Source: Lophium mytilinum
Taxonomy: Eukaryota
Direction: 5' to 3'
Length of the DNA stretch: 64,000 nucleotides
Assembly (NCBI GenBank): GCA_010093605.1
Contig: MU004187.1
Span: 1,558,018 to 1,622,017 of the forward strand
In this document: positions 19,900-34,720 of the stretch, one piece after another
How positions within the stretch are numbered: the first letter of the stretch is position 1
Layout: the number at the start of each line of letters is the position of its first letter
Notes under the pieces: generated by a model
Databases searched by the model: none
What the model was told of the DNA's origin: nothing
Seen by the model: only the letters and a program-made list of their open reading frames with translations
Made by a program: the position numbers and the translations under genes

Positions 19900-22100
19900 T
19901 TAGGCTATTAGCTTCTTTAGAAGCTTTAAAGCTTCTAGAGGTATATAATACTATAAAAGGTATATTAGTAGATAGTAATATTATAGTAACCTTATTTAAG
20001 AGGGGTTTAGAATTCTTTAGAGGTCTACTACTATATTAGTAGAGAATAATAGAGGTATTAGAATATTTAATAGCTTAATAGTAAGAAAGAATTAAAAGAG
20101 ATTATAAAGTATTTATAATAGAGGGAATTATAAGGTAATATAAATATTAGTATACTAGCATATATTAGATTCTAATATATAATTAAAGCTATAATAGCTA
20201 ATAATAGGCTTATTAAAGATCTTATAAAGTCTCTTATAATCTAGTAAGAAGCTTATAATCTTATATAGGTTTAAAAAGCTATTAGTATATTATAGAGTAG
20301 TAAGTAGTAATCTAGAAGTAATAGATTTAAGAATCTAGAGTATATATAAGGCCTTCTTAATACTCTTATACTCTTTCTTTTATACTTAACTTTCTTCTTT
20401 AAGGTTTAAGCTTTTCTTAACTTTAAAGGTTTATTAAAGACTCTTATAGCTTTTCTTCTTATTACTATTATCTTTCTTTATTAATTCTTTTATTAGAACT
20501 CTCTCTCTCTTAGCTTCTAGACTACTTCTTCTTACTCTAAGTTAGCATTATAATATTACTTAATACCTAGCTAGGTTCTATAGTCTCTAGCTTACTTTAT
20601 TTAAAAAGAGGTAGAGATAAAGATAATAATTCTTTAAACTCTAGCTATAGTTATAAGGTTCTATACTTTTATAAATTCTTAGGCATTTTAGCTTATAAAG
20701 CCTTATAGGCCTATAGTAAATTTCTAATAATAGTTTAGCTCTTTCTCTTAATAAAGCTAATAAGATCTAGTTACTATTATACTTATATTAATTATTAACC
20801 TTCTAATAGTCTAGAGGTTCTATAATCTATACTATATATAGCTAATAGCCTTTAATAACTCTATTCTACTTTCTTAAGCCTTTTAATACTATACTATAGC
20901 TTCTAATTATCTAAACTATACTAAATACCCCCTAAAGTTTAAAGGTAGTAGTAGAGCTTAAAAGAATATACTACTTTAAAAGTTTCTTAGTAATATTAGA
21001 AATAATAAACTAATTTTAAATAAAAACTATAGCTATACTTTACACTTTATAGAGCTTCTTAAATAGTATTTAGGCTTAAGAGTAGATTATAGTAAGAATT
21101 CTAGAGCTTCTTCTATCTTTAGGGCCTATAACTACTACTTAAGAATATTTTTAGAAGGCTATTAGTTTAGTAAATATATTTAGGCTTATAATCTAGATAG
21201 TTCTTTTCTCTACTAAGAATTTTATATAGAATATTATTAGTAGAGTAGTAAGGGAACTTATTTATTTTAAGGTAAATTTAGCTTTACTTTTAGAGTATTT
21301 TAGAACTTAGCTAATATCTATTATAGAAGGGTAGACTCTAATAGCTTATTAAAAGACTACTAGGGCTTATATTTAATAAGGTTACTATAATATTACTAAG
21401 TTTATATCTTTTCTTTATAACTAAGAATCTTTTAAAAACCTAGCTAAAAATATAGTACGCTTAGCCTTAGCTATATAGCTACTAATAGAATTAATTTAAA
21501 GAAAGACTACTATACTACTATATAATCTAGGTATTTCTTATACTTTTAAATTTCTAATAGCTTAATATTACCTATAGGGCTCTAGTAGTACTTCTACTTA
21601 GGCTTCTAGCTTCTAGTAATTATCTATAGCTATATTAGGTTTAGAAAATATAGCTACTTTAGGCTCTAGTACTTAAGGTCTAAGATAATACTCTCTAACC
21701 TCTTCTACTTAGCCTTTAACTTCTTTAACTTCTTTAACCTCTTATTATTCTTCTTTAGGTTCTCTATAGCGCTTTTAAGAGCCTACTTTTAATATACTAT
21801 TAAGCTACTACTTATTCTAGTTATCTATTAGTAATAATAATAACTCTACTAGAGAGACCTCTTTAAACTCTACTTAGTATTAAATAGGCTCTCTAAATAC
21901 TATTCTTTAGAAGAATAGAGCTAGTAAGTATAGCTAAAATATATTAACTTAGAGCGCGCCTCTAAAATAGCCTTAGAAGAATAATAATAGCTATTCTAGT
22001 AGTAGTAGTAGCTATAGAAGTTCTAGTAAAAGAAGTTCTAGTAGTAGAATAGCTACCTAGAAGAACTAAGAGTATATTAGCTTAGCTAGTATTAATAGAA
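19900..22100 (-). pseudogene. RIP-degenerate relic of a low-complexity / coiled-coil protein gene (unidentified; ends approximate)
   Basis: The minus strand keeps codon periodicity, e.g. GAG GTT AAA GAA GTT AAA GAA GTT AAA near 21715-21750, and a purine-rich charged tract at 20370-20540. No RT, integrase or DDE motifs seen. Confidence 0.4.
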
Positions 22101-23024
22101 AAGTATTAATTTTCCCTCCCCTTCTAGATATAAGAAGAGTTAAATATAATAGAAGTATAAGTTTAGCTTAGTTAATCTCTAATATAGGTTCTTAAATTTA
22201 TTATCCTTTTAATTCTCTAAAGATAAAATATAGCTAAATAAGTAATAATAAAGAATTAAACACTTAAATCTAAATTAATAAAGAAAATCTAGGTAATAAA
22301 TATATAAAGTTCTTCTAATACTCTATTAGCTTAGAATAGAAGCGCTATTTAAGCTTTCTTATACTTTCTTCTGCGTAACTCTATATTAAGAGCTTAGGTA
22401 GGTTATATTATAGATATATTAAAATTACTATCTAAATCTAACTTATAATTACTACTAGTATTCTTATTATCTTTAATATCTATTATACTAGTATTACTAC
22501 TAGAGAAGCTCTCTAATTAAATATTAGAGTTAGTATTCTTATCTAAGAACTTATTATTTATATGCATTTTAGTATTCTTAGCTCTTAAGTTAATCTCTTT
22601 ATTCTATAGCTTTATAGTATTATTAGTTTAAATAATAGTATTACCCCTTAGCCGCATAATAATAGTATCTTTATTATACTTATTATTATCTTAGTATATA
22701 GTATTAGGTAATTAGGTAGTAGTATTTATACTCTTAAGTATTCTATTACTATCTTAAGCTATTTCTAATAGTTCCCTATTATTAGTATCTATAGCTAGTA
22801 CTAATATATTATTAGGTTATTCTATAGGTGCTGCGTAATTACTAGTTCTCTATAGAATATTAAGCTTATCTTAACTTATCTCTAGCTTATATATATAAAC
22901 TTTCTAATAGGTATTTATAGTAGTCTTATTTATATCTTTATATTATATAACTATAAAGCTAGTAACCTATACTAGTATAATAGTTAATTAACTCTTTTTA
23001 GGTCCCTTTTTCTTAGTAGCCCGT

Positions 23025-23224
23025 TATTAGGGCTTAAGGTTGGAACGTTGGAATTATTAGATTAAATAGTATTAATATTAATAAAAGATAAATACAAGAG
23101 AGGAAGAGGTTTCTAGGACGGACGTTATAATAACCTAAAGGGCGGAGTAATATTTACCTATTCTATAGAGCCTCTATTACGTAACCTCTAGTTATGTATT
23201 ATGCGCAATTATATAGCTATAATA
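23025..23224 (-). repeat. 3' LTR of element A
   Basis: Colinear with 31447-31646; the differences seen are C/T and G/A transitions. Confidence 0.95.
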
Positions 23225-23438
23225 CGTCTCCCCCCTCTAAAGAAGCCCCCTAATTAAAGCTTTTATAAGAGAGAGTCCTTTCTATACTAGAGTATTTATA
23301 ACCGCTTAAATATCTATTAAATAAAGTGCCTAATTATATTTTAGTTGTAAGTAAATAAAGGAAATAAATTAATTTATAGAGAATTACTTATCCTTTCTAT
23401 TTTTATGCAGCCTACTATAGCCTTACTATTTTAGTATA

Positions 23439-23553
23439 GCAGTATTACTATGCGCCGTCTTACTATGCGCAGTATTACTATATATAGTATTGCTATACGC
23501 AGTGTTGCTATATATAGTATTACTATACGTAGTATTACTATGCGCAGTATTAC
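23439..23553. repeat. 15-bp tandem repeat, about 8 copies (GCAGTATTACTATGC), in the 3' UTR of element A
   Basis: Periodicity read directly; most variant positions are transitions. Confidence 0.85.
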
Positions 23554-26500
23554 CGTCTTATTATTTATTTAAACTAGGGCCGGCTATAATAGGGCTATAA
23601 GAAGCTATATAGCCTTTATAGCTACTAGCCTACTACTAGGTACTTATAATAATCTGCGCTGTTTCGCATTAATTATTATACATGTCTACGGTTAGGCCTT
23701 CTTAATAAATTAATTTAACCGCCGGTCTAGTAATTAAATTATATAGCTTCTATAATATTAGTTATATAGAGGTCTATAGCGGCAAGAATAGTAGCTAAGG
23801 TTAGCTCCTAGTCTAATAGTAGTTAGAATAATAGGTAAGAGTCTAGTTTCTTAGGGTACTAGTAGTAGAAATCTATAATAAGATATAGATAACTATTAGC
23901 GTAATTATAGTTATTCTATTACGGCTTATTATTCTATCTAATAAACTTAATCTTATATTATAATATACCCCTTTTTCTAGTAGTAGAATTAAGATATCTT
24001 CTATCTAGGCGGCTATCTATAACTTCTTTAGCATTGCCTTTCTAGTACGTAGGTATTATCTTAATAGGGGGAGGCTTAGGATTGCATTATTCTTTTATAG
24101 AAACGGCGTTAGCTAGATAGAGAAGCTATAGATAGAATACTAGATAGATATTCTCTATACCTTTTAGTAGGTTAAGCTTATACGCGCTTCTATTTTTATA
24201 GCTCTCTAGAATCTTAAAGGGGCCTAGCTTCTTAAAGTTAAGCTTCTTATTTAGGCGCGTGGTTTTAATAAAGCGTCTATCTAATATAACTTAATTACCT
24301 AGGTAATATATATAAGCTAGTTACTATCCTGCGTTAGTATATTTCTTTTACTTAGCCTAGGCCTACTTAATTTCCGTATAGAGAAACGCGCGTAATTTAT
24401 CTATTCTAGTAATAAATTTATCTACAAGTTTTATAAGATAAGCCGTTAGCGCATTTTTATTAGGTAATTATGCGGCTAGTGCGGTGCCTATACTAGAAAT
24501 ATAGCCCTTAGTAGCTATAAAGGGCGCTACTCTAGTAGAGGTATTCTTTACTAAGTTAGCTTTAAACTTAGTAATAGCGAGAAAGTTGTACTAGTTATCT
24601 TACTAGTAGTTAATATAAGCCCTAAGGTATTACTTTAGGCCTATATTAGCAACTTTAGTTTATCTATCTATCTTAGAATAAAATATAGTAGAAAGCTTTA
24701 GTTTTATACTAATACGCTTGCATAGGTAGAACTAGAAGGTTAAGATAAATTATATTCCTCTATTAGAAATAATAGACTATAGATATTCTTTAGTGCGCTA
24801 TACCTATTTAAGAAAGGCTTAGGCAACTTTCTTAGTATCTATAGTAACTATAGGGATAAACTTGCGCATTTTAAAGAGCCTATTAATAACTACTATAATA
24901 TATTAATAGTCCTGTCTAAATTATAAGTATTTTAGAAGAGGGCTAATAAAGTCTACTATTAGATTAGTCTAGTATTAGTTAGGAATAGGGAGTAGCTTAA
25001 GGAAGCCTTATTTTGCCTTGCATGTATGTTTAATATAGTTGCACGGCTAATAGGCCTTAATATAGCGGTTAATATTAGAGGTTATTTATAGCTAGAAGTA
25101 GTATATTAAGACGCAGTTATAAGTAGATATAGTTCTACTATAACTAACTAGTAGTAGTTTATAAAGGCTTTTAATAATAGCTAACTAGAGTTTCTCCTTA
25201 GTAGAAATATATAGATAGTTCTTTTAAATAAAGATAAGGCTATTATAGATTATATAGTTGTAAAGTTTAAGTTTAACGCTGTAGTTCTTAATAATATTAG
25301 TAGGTAAGCGGCGTAGTTTAGCTCTAATAGCGTCTTTAATAGCGTTAGCAATAATATTATTAGTAAGAGCCTCTTATATATAATCTATAATATCTTATTC
25401 TACTATACCTTTAGTAGGGTTACTCTATAACTCCCCCTACCTACTTAGTAGCTCTAGTAGTTCTTTATTAGGGTTACTCTAAGACTCCCTCTAATTAAGT
25501 TCTACTTTACTAAGGTTATATATTATTACTATAAGAGAGACTATATTATAGGTAACACTGTTAGTTATAATATAGGCTAGTTTAATTACGTAACGCATTT
25601 CTAGTTCTAGGTTATAGTTCTTAAGGATAGTCTATTACTAAATTTTATAGTATTTATTATCTTTATCTAGTATATTACCTAGGCGTCTAGTTAGTAAATT
25701 AGCCTTACTATTATCCTTGCCCGGCCTGTAAGTAATTCAGAAGTTAAACTTAGAGAGAAATTTAGCCTATCTAGCTTATCTTTAATTAAGCTGCTTAGTT
25801 TCTATAAAATACTATAATATCCAGTAGTTTAAAAGAACTTTAATAGGGTTACTATAGCTATAACTAGTAAGTTCTATACGCTATTCTTTAAACGCGCGGA
25901 TAATTGCTAGGAGTTCTTTATTATAGATTTAATAATTAAGTTAGGCCGCGCTCATTTAGTAAGATATAAACGCGATAGAATAGAGAACGCTGTCGGCTTA
26001 CATTTAAGATAATATAGTAGCTATAATAGTATTAGATATATTATATTCTACCTAGGTTTCTAGATCTAGATTAAAGTGGGCCATCTAAGGAGCATTAATA
26101 AACGCTTATTTTATCTACTTAAAGAAGAAGTCTTCTAAGCTGCCTTTCTACTATAGAAAGGTAAACTACTTATAGACCTCTGCTTTTATAAGTCTTATAA
26201 GCAGTCCTATAATATTAGAATAGGCAATAATAAATCGCTAGTAGAAGTTATAGAAACCTAGAAACGCCTATATATTATAGAGGTTCTATAGTTATAGCTA
26301 GTTAATAACTATATTAACTTTAGCTAGATCTATCTTAAGGCTATTAACGCTAATAATAATATCTAGGTACTTAACCTTCTATTTATAGAACTCGCATTTT
26401 ATAATATTAAGAAATAGGCCAGCCTTACAAAGTTATTAGAGGACCTTTTTAATGTAACTAACGTATTCTTTAAGTATTTTACTAAAGATAAGGATATTAT

Positions 26501-29500
26501 TAAGGTAGGCTATATAGAAGTTGTCTAAATATTCTAAGAGAATATTATTAATAAAGGCTTAAAATATCGCTAGGGCATTATATAAGCTAAAGGGTAGAAC
26601 GGTAAATTTAAATAGGCTGTATCTAGTAAGAAAGGCCGTGTATTTTTTATCTTCTTTACGCATTCTAATAGCATTAAAGGTAGTAATAACATTAAATTTA
26701 GTATAGTACTAAGCGTGCTTTAATAGCGCGAGGGTGTCTTTTATTACTAGCGGAACGTTATAAGCTTTAATTATAATAGCGTTAAGACCTTAATAGTCTA
26801 TATAAATGCGGAGGCCCCCTTCTAGTTTATAGATAATAATTATAGGTGCGGCGTATTAGCTATTACTTTTCCTAATATACTCTTTCCCGTATATTTTATT
26901 AATAAAGGTTTTAATAACTAATATCTTATTATATAAGAGGCTGTATACCTTTTAAGCTAGAGCTTTACTACTAGGTTTAATATTAATATAATAATTAATA
27001 TCTATACTATCTTTAGCTTTATAGCGCAGTAGTAGCTTATTAGCTTTCTTTAGGTTCTATATATTAAGGAAGCCCTAATATTCCTAGAGTATAAGCGCCT
27101 TAAGTTTCTTATAAGTTATAGGGGTGTAGTCTATCTTCTTAAAGAACTTTTATTAGTTGTCTTTTAATATAGTATAGAGACTAATAGCTAATAGATTATT
27201 AGTAAAGTTAGCTAGGCCTATAATAATATTACCGGGTGTATATAGTTATTCTTTAGCGCGCGCTAGGGCTTCTACTTTCTTATCTATAAGTGCTAGTTTA
27301 AAGTACTTAGGCTATATATAGATAGTATCTTTCTTTAGTAACTGCTAGGCGTTATATAAATACTTATTACTAGATACTATATTAATATTAAGCGCTTTAA
27401 AAGCAGCGAGCTGGGCGTTAAGCTTTTTCTAGAATAGGCGCTTACTAGTATAGGTAATAGAGTCTTTAGACTAGATATAGACAGGTTTATAGTTAACTAG
27501 GTACTAGAAGCAGTAGTAATCTAAGTCTAGCTATATTATTTAGGTACTAAATTTTATATAAGCGTTATATATTATAAGCTAGCCTATACTAAGAATAATA
27601 TTATATTCTTTAAGGTTATAGATAAGAGCCTAGAACTTATTATAGTATTCTTTAATTTATATAGTAATTTTAGCTACTTTATTAATAACTAATATAGAGC
27701 TATTTAGCAGTTTAATATTACATAGAGTAGCTTTATAGACATTAAGTTAGTAATAGTTTATAAAGTTTATAGAGATAAATATAAATCTACCGCATCTAGA
27801 GTCTATAAGAACTATAGATTTAACTATTCTAGTTAAAGTCTTAATTCTATAGTTAAAGTCTATCTATTTACTTAATAATAGGGCAAGTCTAATAGTATAA
27901 GCTAAGAGTTTAATATTAGGGGGTTTTAGAGGGGGTAGCTTAAGCTCCTAGATATATATAAGAGCTTAAGCTAGCGTGTCTTCTAACTATCTCTAATAAT
28001 AACTTTTATTAGAGATTAAGTATTTTCTAAACTATTAGAATAAACCCCTTAGTTATTATTATCTTATCCTTATTTATTCTTATATTTATATTTATACTAA
28101 TACTTCTAGTTACTACTATAGTTAAAGGCGTTAAGTTCTATACTATTAATACTAGCGGTAGCAAGGCGCTTATTGCGCTAAGATTCTAATATAGTCTTCC
28201 CGGCTATAGCGTATTTAGAGTTACTAGTATAGTAGTTTTTCTTAAAGTAGCTAAAGCAGCGTTCTTTCTTACTTAGGCGCAGGCAAATATATAGTAAAAC
28301 GCTTAGTAATAGAACTATAGTAGTCTTCTTAACTATAATATAGTTATTAGTCTTAGTAGTAGATACTTTACGCTAGGCGCAGTTAGAGTCGCGCCGGGCG
28401 CAGTTAAAGTTGCGACGACCGTCTTACGCGTATGCGTTATTTAGGCGGCATACTAAGATTTAGGCGGTAAGAAGCTCTTTATTAGCTTATTTTTTACATT
28501 AAATATAATAATAGTCCTTATATAGAATATTATCTTTTACCTAGTACTAGGTTAATAAACTAAAGTTAATATATTTAGTAAGATCTATACGTAGTGTTTT
28601 CTTAAGGTAATAGTATTAGGTTGCGAGGCTGTTATTAATTTTACTATACTTAAGCCTATTAAGAATAATGTTAAGGTGTTATAGAAAGTCTAATATCTTT
28701 TTATTATATTACTATTTTATGCCCTTACTATTAAGCTAGTTAAGAAGGTAATTATAATAAATAGTATTACTCTTCTAGAATATAGCGTCTAGGTTTTAAA
28801 TAAGTTCCTTAAGTAAATAATATAGATTAGTAGATGTAAGAAGGCTATAGTCTTCTATAACTTTATACGCGCGCCCTTTATAATAGCTAATAGTAAGCTG
28901 GATTTAAGTTATAGTAGTAGGGTAGATCTATTAGTCTACTTAAACTAGGTAGATTAAGTAGTTCTTCTAGGCCGCGTATACTATAGCTTCTAATTTAAAA
29001 TCCTATAGGTATATATATTTAGGGCGAGGACCTTATAGTTATCTATATTAAGGATAGATAGGTCTATATACTTATAGCTAAGTAAACCTGCCTAGTTAAC
29101 TTAGGTTTAGATTATCTCTACCTCTACCTTCTGCAGCTATAAAGTGTTAACCTAGAACGCAATTATATTAAAAGTTATCTAGGTTAAGAGTATATAGTTC
29201 TACTAGAGGTAGAGGGGAAGCCTTATTAGTAGAATTATAATTAGAGTGTTTATCTATATATAGATTATTAGGTTATCCCGCTAATATATTCTATTAGACT
29301 TAAGCTTTAAGCTAGGTAATCCGCGTTAAGGCCTATTAGTATTTAGCTTCTAGGTTATTAAGCTAAAGGGTTTAGGCCTAGAAGTTAGCGTGCTTTTTAT
29401 TATATAGGCGTTATACGCGGGCTAACTCTATCTACTTAGACTTAAGTTTATAGTTAAGGGTGTAGACCTGTATCTAAAGCTTAGAGAGTTTACTATTAGT

Positions 29501-31446
29501 AAGTAAATATTTCTTATTTAGGTCCTTAATAGTAGTATTGGCGGCGTCTTATTTTTATATAGTAATATTTATTCTATACCTAGAGTTATTATAGTTCTTA
29601 TCTACTAGTATAATATAGTTCTACTATTATTATAGTGCTAGTTAAATATCCTAAATAAGCTTCTATAGGTTCTAAAGCTTATATTATTCTTATAGTCTAT
29701 TACTATACCGCATCTTAAAGATAGAGCCGCTGGCGCGCTATATAATTATAAGATATAATTATTAATAGTCTTCCACGCGTATTATAATATATTGCTTATT
29801 ACTCTATTCTATGCCTGCTACTTACTAGGCTAGGTTAGAAGTATTAAGTCTAGTAATTAATTTAACGCGGGTGGATTAGTATTGTAACGGAGATATATTA
29901 GGGGAGAAAATGCTATAAACCGGTAGTATTCTTAGATACTTAGGGTCGCGGGACTAATATATTTTAGAAATAGTGTTGTAGTATACTATAGTATTAGAAG
30001 TATTAATAGTAACGCCTTAATATGCTATCTTAAGCTTATTTACTTTATTATCCTTATTATTACTAAACTAACGTTCCTTCTCTTAACAGTCTTATTTATT
30101 AGCTAAATTAAAGTTAAAGGAAGAGCTATTATTATAGATAGTAATTATATTATTAAGGCCGGTAGTTATATTTATAAGTTTATTAGGTAAATTAAAATCG
30201 CCTAGTATATAGCTACTAACGCGAAAGAGTAGAAGTATAGCCTCCTCTAGTAGAAAAGCTAGAGTAACTAGTAGAGGTTTACCTATAGTACTAAATTTAG
30301 TTTAATAATATTATAGCTTAGCGGGTGTTACTAGAGGGATTAGTCTAATAGATAGAGCTAGCTATAAGGTAGCGGCTAGTATTTAGGACTAGAACTAAGT
30401 TACTTAGAAGGTTAGATTTACTAGCTAAATAAGAGGAGGCTGCGGGCTATAATTAATCTATATTATATTATTATTATTATCTCCTATAAGAAGATGCTAT
30501 AGGTTTAGAGCGCCTTCTTAATGTAATATAATACTAATGCGGCGGGGGTTAATAGAAATACTATTAGCGTCGCTAAATAGACGTTTAAAGCGTCTACTAG
30601 AGACGGAGTTACTAAACTATAGAGCTTTAGCGCGGTTAAAAGTATAGCGGTTAGGGTTAGCTATATAAGAAGGTAGAAAAAGTTAGTATAAAAGAAAGAA
30701 AACTTAGAGGGGTAAGGTATTAAATTTATATATAAGGGTCTATTAACTTTAGATTATTTACTATATGCGCCGGGCGCCTAGAAGGTTTAAGAGGGGCGCT
30801 ACTTACGCTTAGTTATAGGACTACCTAGAGGGTTATAGTAAATAATAATATTAGGTAGTCTATTTATAAAACGGGTAGTATATAGAAAATAGGTAGTATA
30901 TAAAAAATAGATAGTCTATAGATATTTATTCTATAATACTAAGTATACGCGCAGGCTAGCTATTATTAATACTAAGCTTTCCGGGCGTTAGTCTCTATAT
31001 AGTAATAGCAATTAATTAGTAATACTAGGCGCGCGCACGCGCTATTACTAATACTAAGCTTTCCGGGCGTTAGTCTCTATATATAATGGTAGAATAGAAG
31101 AAGAGGTTATAGAGCCGTTAAAGTAATTAATATAATTAGTAAGGACTTTCTAGGGTGCTATTACTACCCCTCTATTATAGGGGCTTATAAGTACTGCTAT
31201 AGTTATAAGGTCTATTATCTAGCTTTATGCATAATAGTTAGATCGCTTTATTAGGGGCCCGCGGCGCTGCTAATAGAAGAGTACTATATTATTAAGTATA
31301 GTCTTTATTAGGGGTCTATAATACTGCTAATAGTTACTATATAGATAGTGGTGCATACTATAGCTTATTATAAGAGCGCACTCTATTACGGAAAATTTCT
31401 AGGGGTGCTTCCGTTGCTCCTGGAAGCTAGAAGGGTATTTATCTTA

Positions 31447-31646
31447 TATTAGGGCTTAAGGTTAGAACGTTAGAATTATTAGATTAAATAGTATTAATAT
31501 TAATAAAAGATAAATATAAGAGAGAAAGAGGTTTCTAGAATAGACGTTATAATAACCTAAAGGGCGGAGCAACGTTTACCTATTCCGCAGAGCCTCTATT
31601 ACGTAACCTCTAGTTACGTGTTATATATAATTATATGGCCATAACA
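31447..31646 (-). repeat. 5' LTR of element A
   Basis: Matches 23025-23224; ends ATAACA on the plus strand (TGTTAT on the element strand), followed by the TSD. Confidence 0.95.
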
Positions 31647-33076
31647 CCCGTTTATTAGGAAAACCTAAAACTATAAAAGTTAGGGCTATTAGTACTTAGT
31701 AGTAAATAGCGTAAACTTCTAGTAAACTATATAAATTACGCAATATCTATATAAACTACTAGCGCAGGTAATATTACTATATAGACTAGTAGTAGTTTAC
31801 CTATATACTATATAGCCTAATAATACTTAATTATTATCTATTATTTTAAACTATTAATAATTTAGTTCTATAGTATTTTTTACTTAATTAGCCTTAGTAG
31901 TACTAGAGCTAATATATATATACCCTATATATAATACTACTTATATTCTACTATAAAATAATTCTATTTACTACTCTTTCCTCTCTATAGTAGTGTAAGG
32001 CGGGGGTAGAAGTAAGTAGAAATAGTAAGTACTTAGGCTAGAATATTTAATTTTTATTCTATAAATAGTTAGTATAGTAAAGTTAGGGCTATAGTAGTTA
32101 AAAAGTAGATTTAATAGATATATAGAGAATAGGTAGAAAAGATATAATCTATCTATTCTATAATTTAGCGCTAGGTCTAGCTTATAAATTATAATTAGAA
32201 TACTTAATATATTTTTAGGTAGACTCTTACTATATTACTACTAAGACCTATTATTTAAAAGTTAGGCTATAGTATATAACTATCTATAAATAATAAAAAG
32301 TATATAACTATTCTACTACTAATATAAGCTCTAGTAGTAGTCTCTTATATCTATATTATAGAATAGCCTCTAGTATTATAGCTATAATACTACCGCCTCT
32401 ATAGCCTTTTCTTTCTATTTACTTCTTCTATATCTCTTATTTCCCTCTATATTAGCATGCTTTACTCCTTCTATCTATATTTTAGGTTACTACTTCTCTA
32501 TTTATAGTCTCTTCTATTATACTTTTAACCTTAGAAGTTAAAATACTATTATTTTATAATCTAGCCTATAGTATACTTATGCGCTAAAAGGTAATAAAAA
32601 TATATACTCTCTATCTAGCGGGGCAGTTATAGAACCTAAAATATACTTAAAGAAATAGGCTAGAGTCTCTTTTAAAATATAAGAATATAGAAGGTATACT
32701 ATAATAATTATAGATAATTTTATATAATTCTAGATAATCTTATATAGTGCTATAAGAAGAGTTAGAGATATTAAAGTAGAGGTAGCTTTATTTTCCCTCT
32801 CTCTACCGCGTTATTATATAGTAAATAGTTATCTATTACTAGTATATATAAGGGCTAGATTATCCCTATAATACTAGATTAAAGTATATCTAGCGCTAGT
32901 AATAGAGTATATATTCTATCCGCCCGCTTATTTTCTAAGAAAAGTAGGGCTAGAGAAGTAGTAGTTAGAGTAGAGTTAAAAGCTAGTAGAAAATATAGAT
33001 ATATAGTTATATATAGTAGTTAGAAAGATTAAAAGCTATATATATAAAAGATTATACTAGAACTAAGGCGCTATTA

Positions 33077-33210
33077 TATAGAGTAGAGTAGAAGAAATAA
33101 AGAAACTTAGTAGAAAAAAAATTCTATAGAGTAGAGCGGAAGGAATAGAGAAATCTAGTAGATAAAAAAGCTTATAGAGTAGAGTAGAAGAAATAGAAAA
33201 GCTTAGTAGG
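33077..33210 (+). repeat. 48-bp tandem repeat x3 (16-codon period) inside a RIP'd coding relic
   Basis: TATAGAGTAGAG starts at 33077, 33125 and 33173; reads as a charged peptide VERKE.RNLVD.KA. Confidence 0.75.
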
Positions 33211-34561
33211 TAATATAAGCTAGTAATACTAGAGTATATTATCTTTATCTAATATAGCTCTATAGAACTATACTAGTCTAACTATTAATCTAAATATTAG
33301 TACGCTATTAGCTTTCTATTATAGTAGATACTATTAGTAAGCTATATCTATATACTACCTCTTATTCTCTATATTCTAGCTTCTTAGATAAGTTTCTACT
33401 AGCTTTAGCCTCTACTATAATTTATTAGTATATATAATTTTAATACCCGCTATATTCTAAATAGTTAGCCTTAAGTTAATCTCTACTATAACTCTTCTAC
33501 CTTTTTAACTCTTACTATCTTCTACTACTCTATAGCATAGAGAAAGAGATATAGGGCAGGCTTTTATACCTATAGAATAGAGAAGAATAGTTCTATTATA
33601 TATATAGGCAGGCGCTAGAAATTTAAGGCTTAGGCGCATATATTTTAACTAATAGTTACTATATACTTTTTTCTTAAGTATACTATTAGAATCTTATATA
33701 AGTGCGTCTTTATAGTAGTGCGCTATTATTACTAATAGTTATTCTTAATTAGCCTTAGGTTTAATTCCTTATATTATAGCTTAATATGCTAGGTATTATA
33801 ACTATAAAATATCTCTAAATAAGTATTATAAGACTAATAGTATTTTTAAGTATATATAGTTTAGGGGGTTTATATTAAAAGTAGATAGATAAATAGTTTC
33901 TAAGTTAAAGCTTAGGGTAGAAATAGGCTTTAAAATATAAGGTATATATATATACTACGCATCTATTAAAAGTTAACTTAGTAGTAGTATAAGAGTATAG
34001 AAGATATATAGAAAGTATATATAGATAGACTTATATAGTTCTATTTAAGGCCGCTTTCTACCTATATATATACTAGAAAATTAGTAATTTCTTAAGAAGG
34101 TATTTACTATACTAAGTATATATACCTTCTATATCTACTTTTAGGCGTCTCTTAGATAATATTAAAGAAGTAGAAGATAGTAGAGTTAGTATCCTTCTCT
34201 TTATCTCTTACTATATAAGTATATATAATTTTTAAGGCCTTTTTAATACTAGTCTAAGCTATAATTAGGCCTATTTTAGCCTTATATAAGGCTGCCTCTA
34301 CTACCTTTAAGCTATCTAGGTCTCTTATAGATAATACCTCCTCTATAGTATTTTCTTTATTCTAGTTAACTTTCTCTATCTAGTTCTTTCTATTATTAAA
34401 GTAGTATATATCTAATTTATCTTTATCTTTTATAAGGTCTATAGGCTCTAGTTTATTAGATAGCGCTTTATATTTATTCTTTAAGGTTGCACCTTAAGTC
34501 TCTTATTCTAATACTACTATTTCTAAGTTCTTCTCTTTAGCCTTAGCTATTACTAAGGTTT

Positions 34562-34720
34562 CTAGTAATAATAGCGCCTCTTATATACCTCTAGTCTTCT
34601 AGTATACTAAGGTCTATAGCTTATCTATAAAGATATAGGTCTCTAGTAATAATAGCGCTACTTATATACTTCTAGTCTTCTAGAATATTAAGATCTATAG
34701 CTTAACTATAAGAATATACT
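34562..34720 (-). repeat. 81-bp tandem duplication (27-codon period) inside a RIP'd coding relic
   Basis: CTAGTAATAATAGCGC...CTAGTCTTCTAG...TCTATAGCTTA starts at 34562 and 34643. Strand is inferred from the more protein-like minus-strand reading. Confidence 0.75.

Larger units (their letters stand above)
23025..31646 (-). mobile_element. Full-length RIP-inactivated Ty3/Gypsy chromovirus (element A, 8.6 kb)
   Basis: 200-bp LTRs at 23025-23224 and 31447-31646; 5-bp TSD CCCGT (23020-23024 / 31647-31651); PPT AGAGGGGGGAGACG next to the left LTR. De-RIP motifs: RT GGLRI.VDYRGLN (~26800) and AYL(DD)ILIFS (~26500), RNase H KELLAI (~25910), integrase (~24660), chromodomain-like EVIDSRLD..YKIKF (~23940-24030). 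Confidence 0.95.

Noticed and set aside
19900..22100. Starship captain (DUF3435) or DDE transposase at the edge of the AT block
   Set aside because: The relic reads as a low-complexity / coiled-coil protein; no recombinase or transposase motifs could be recognised.
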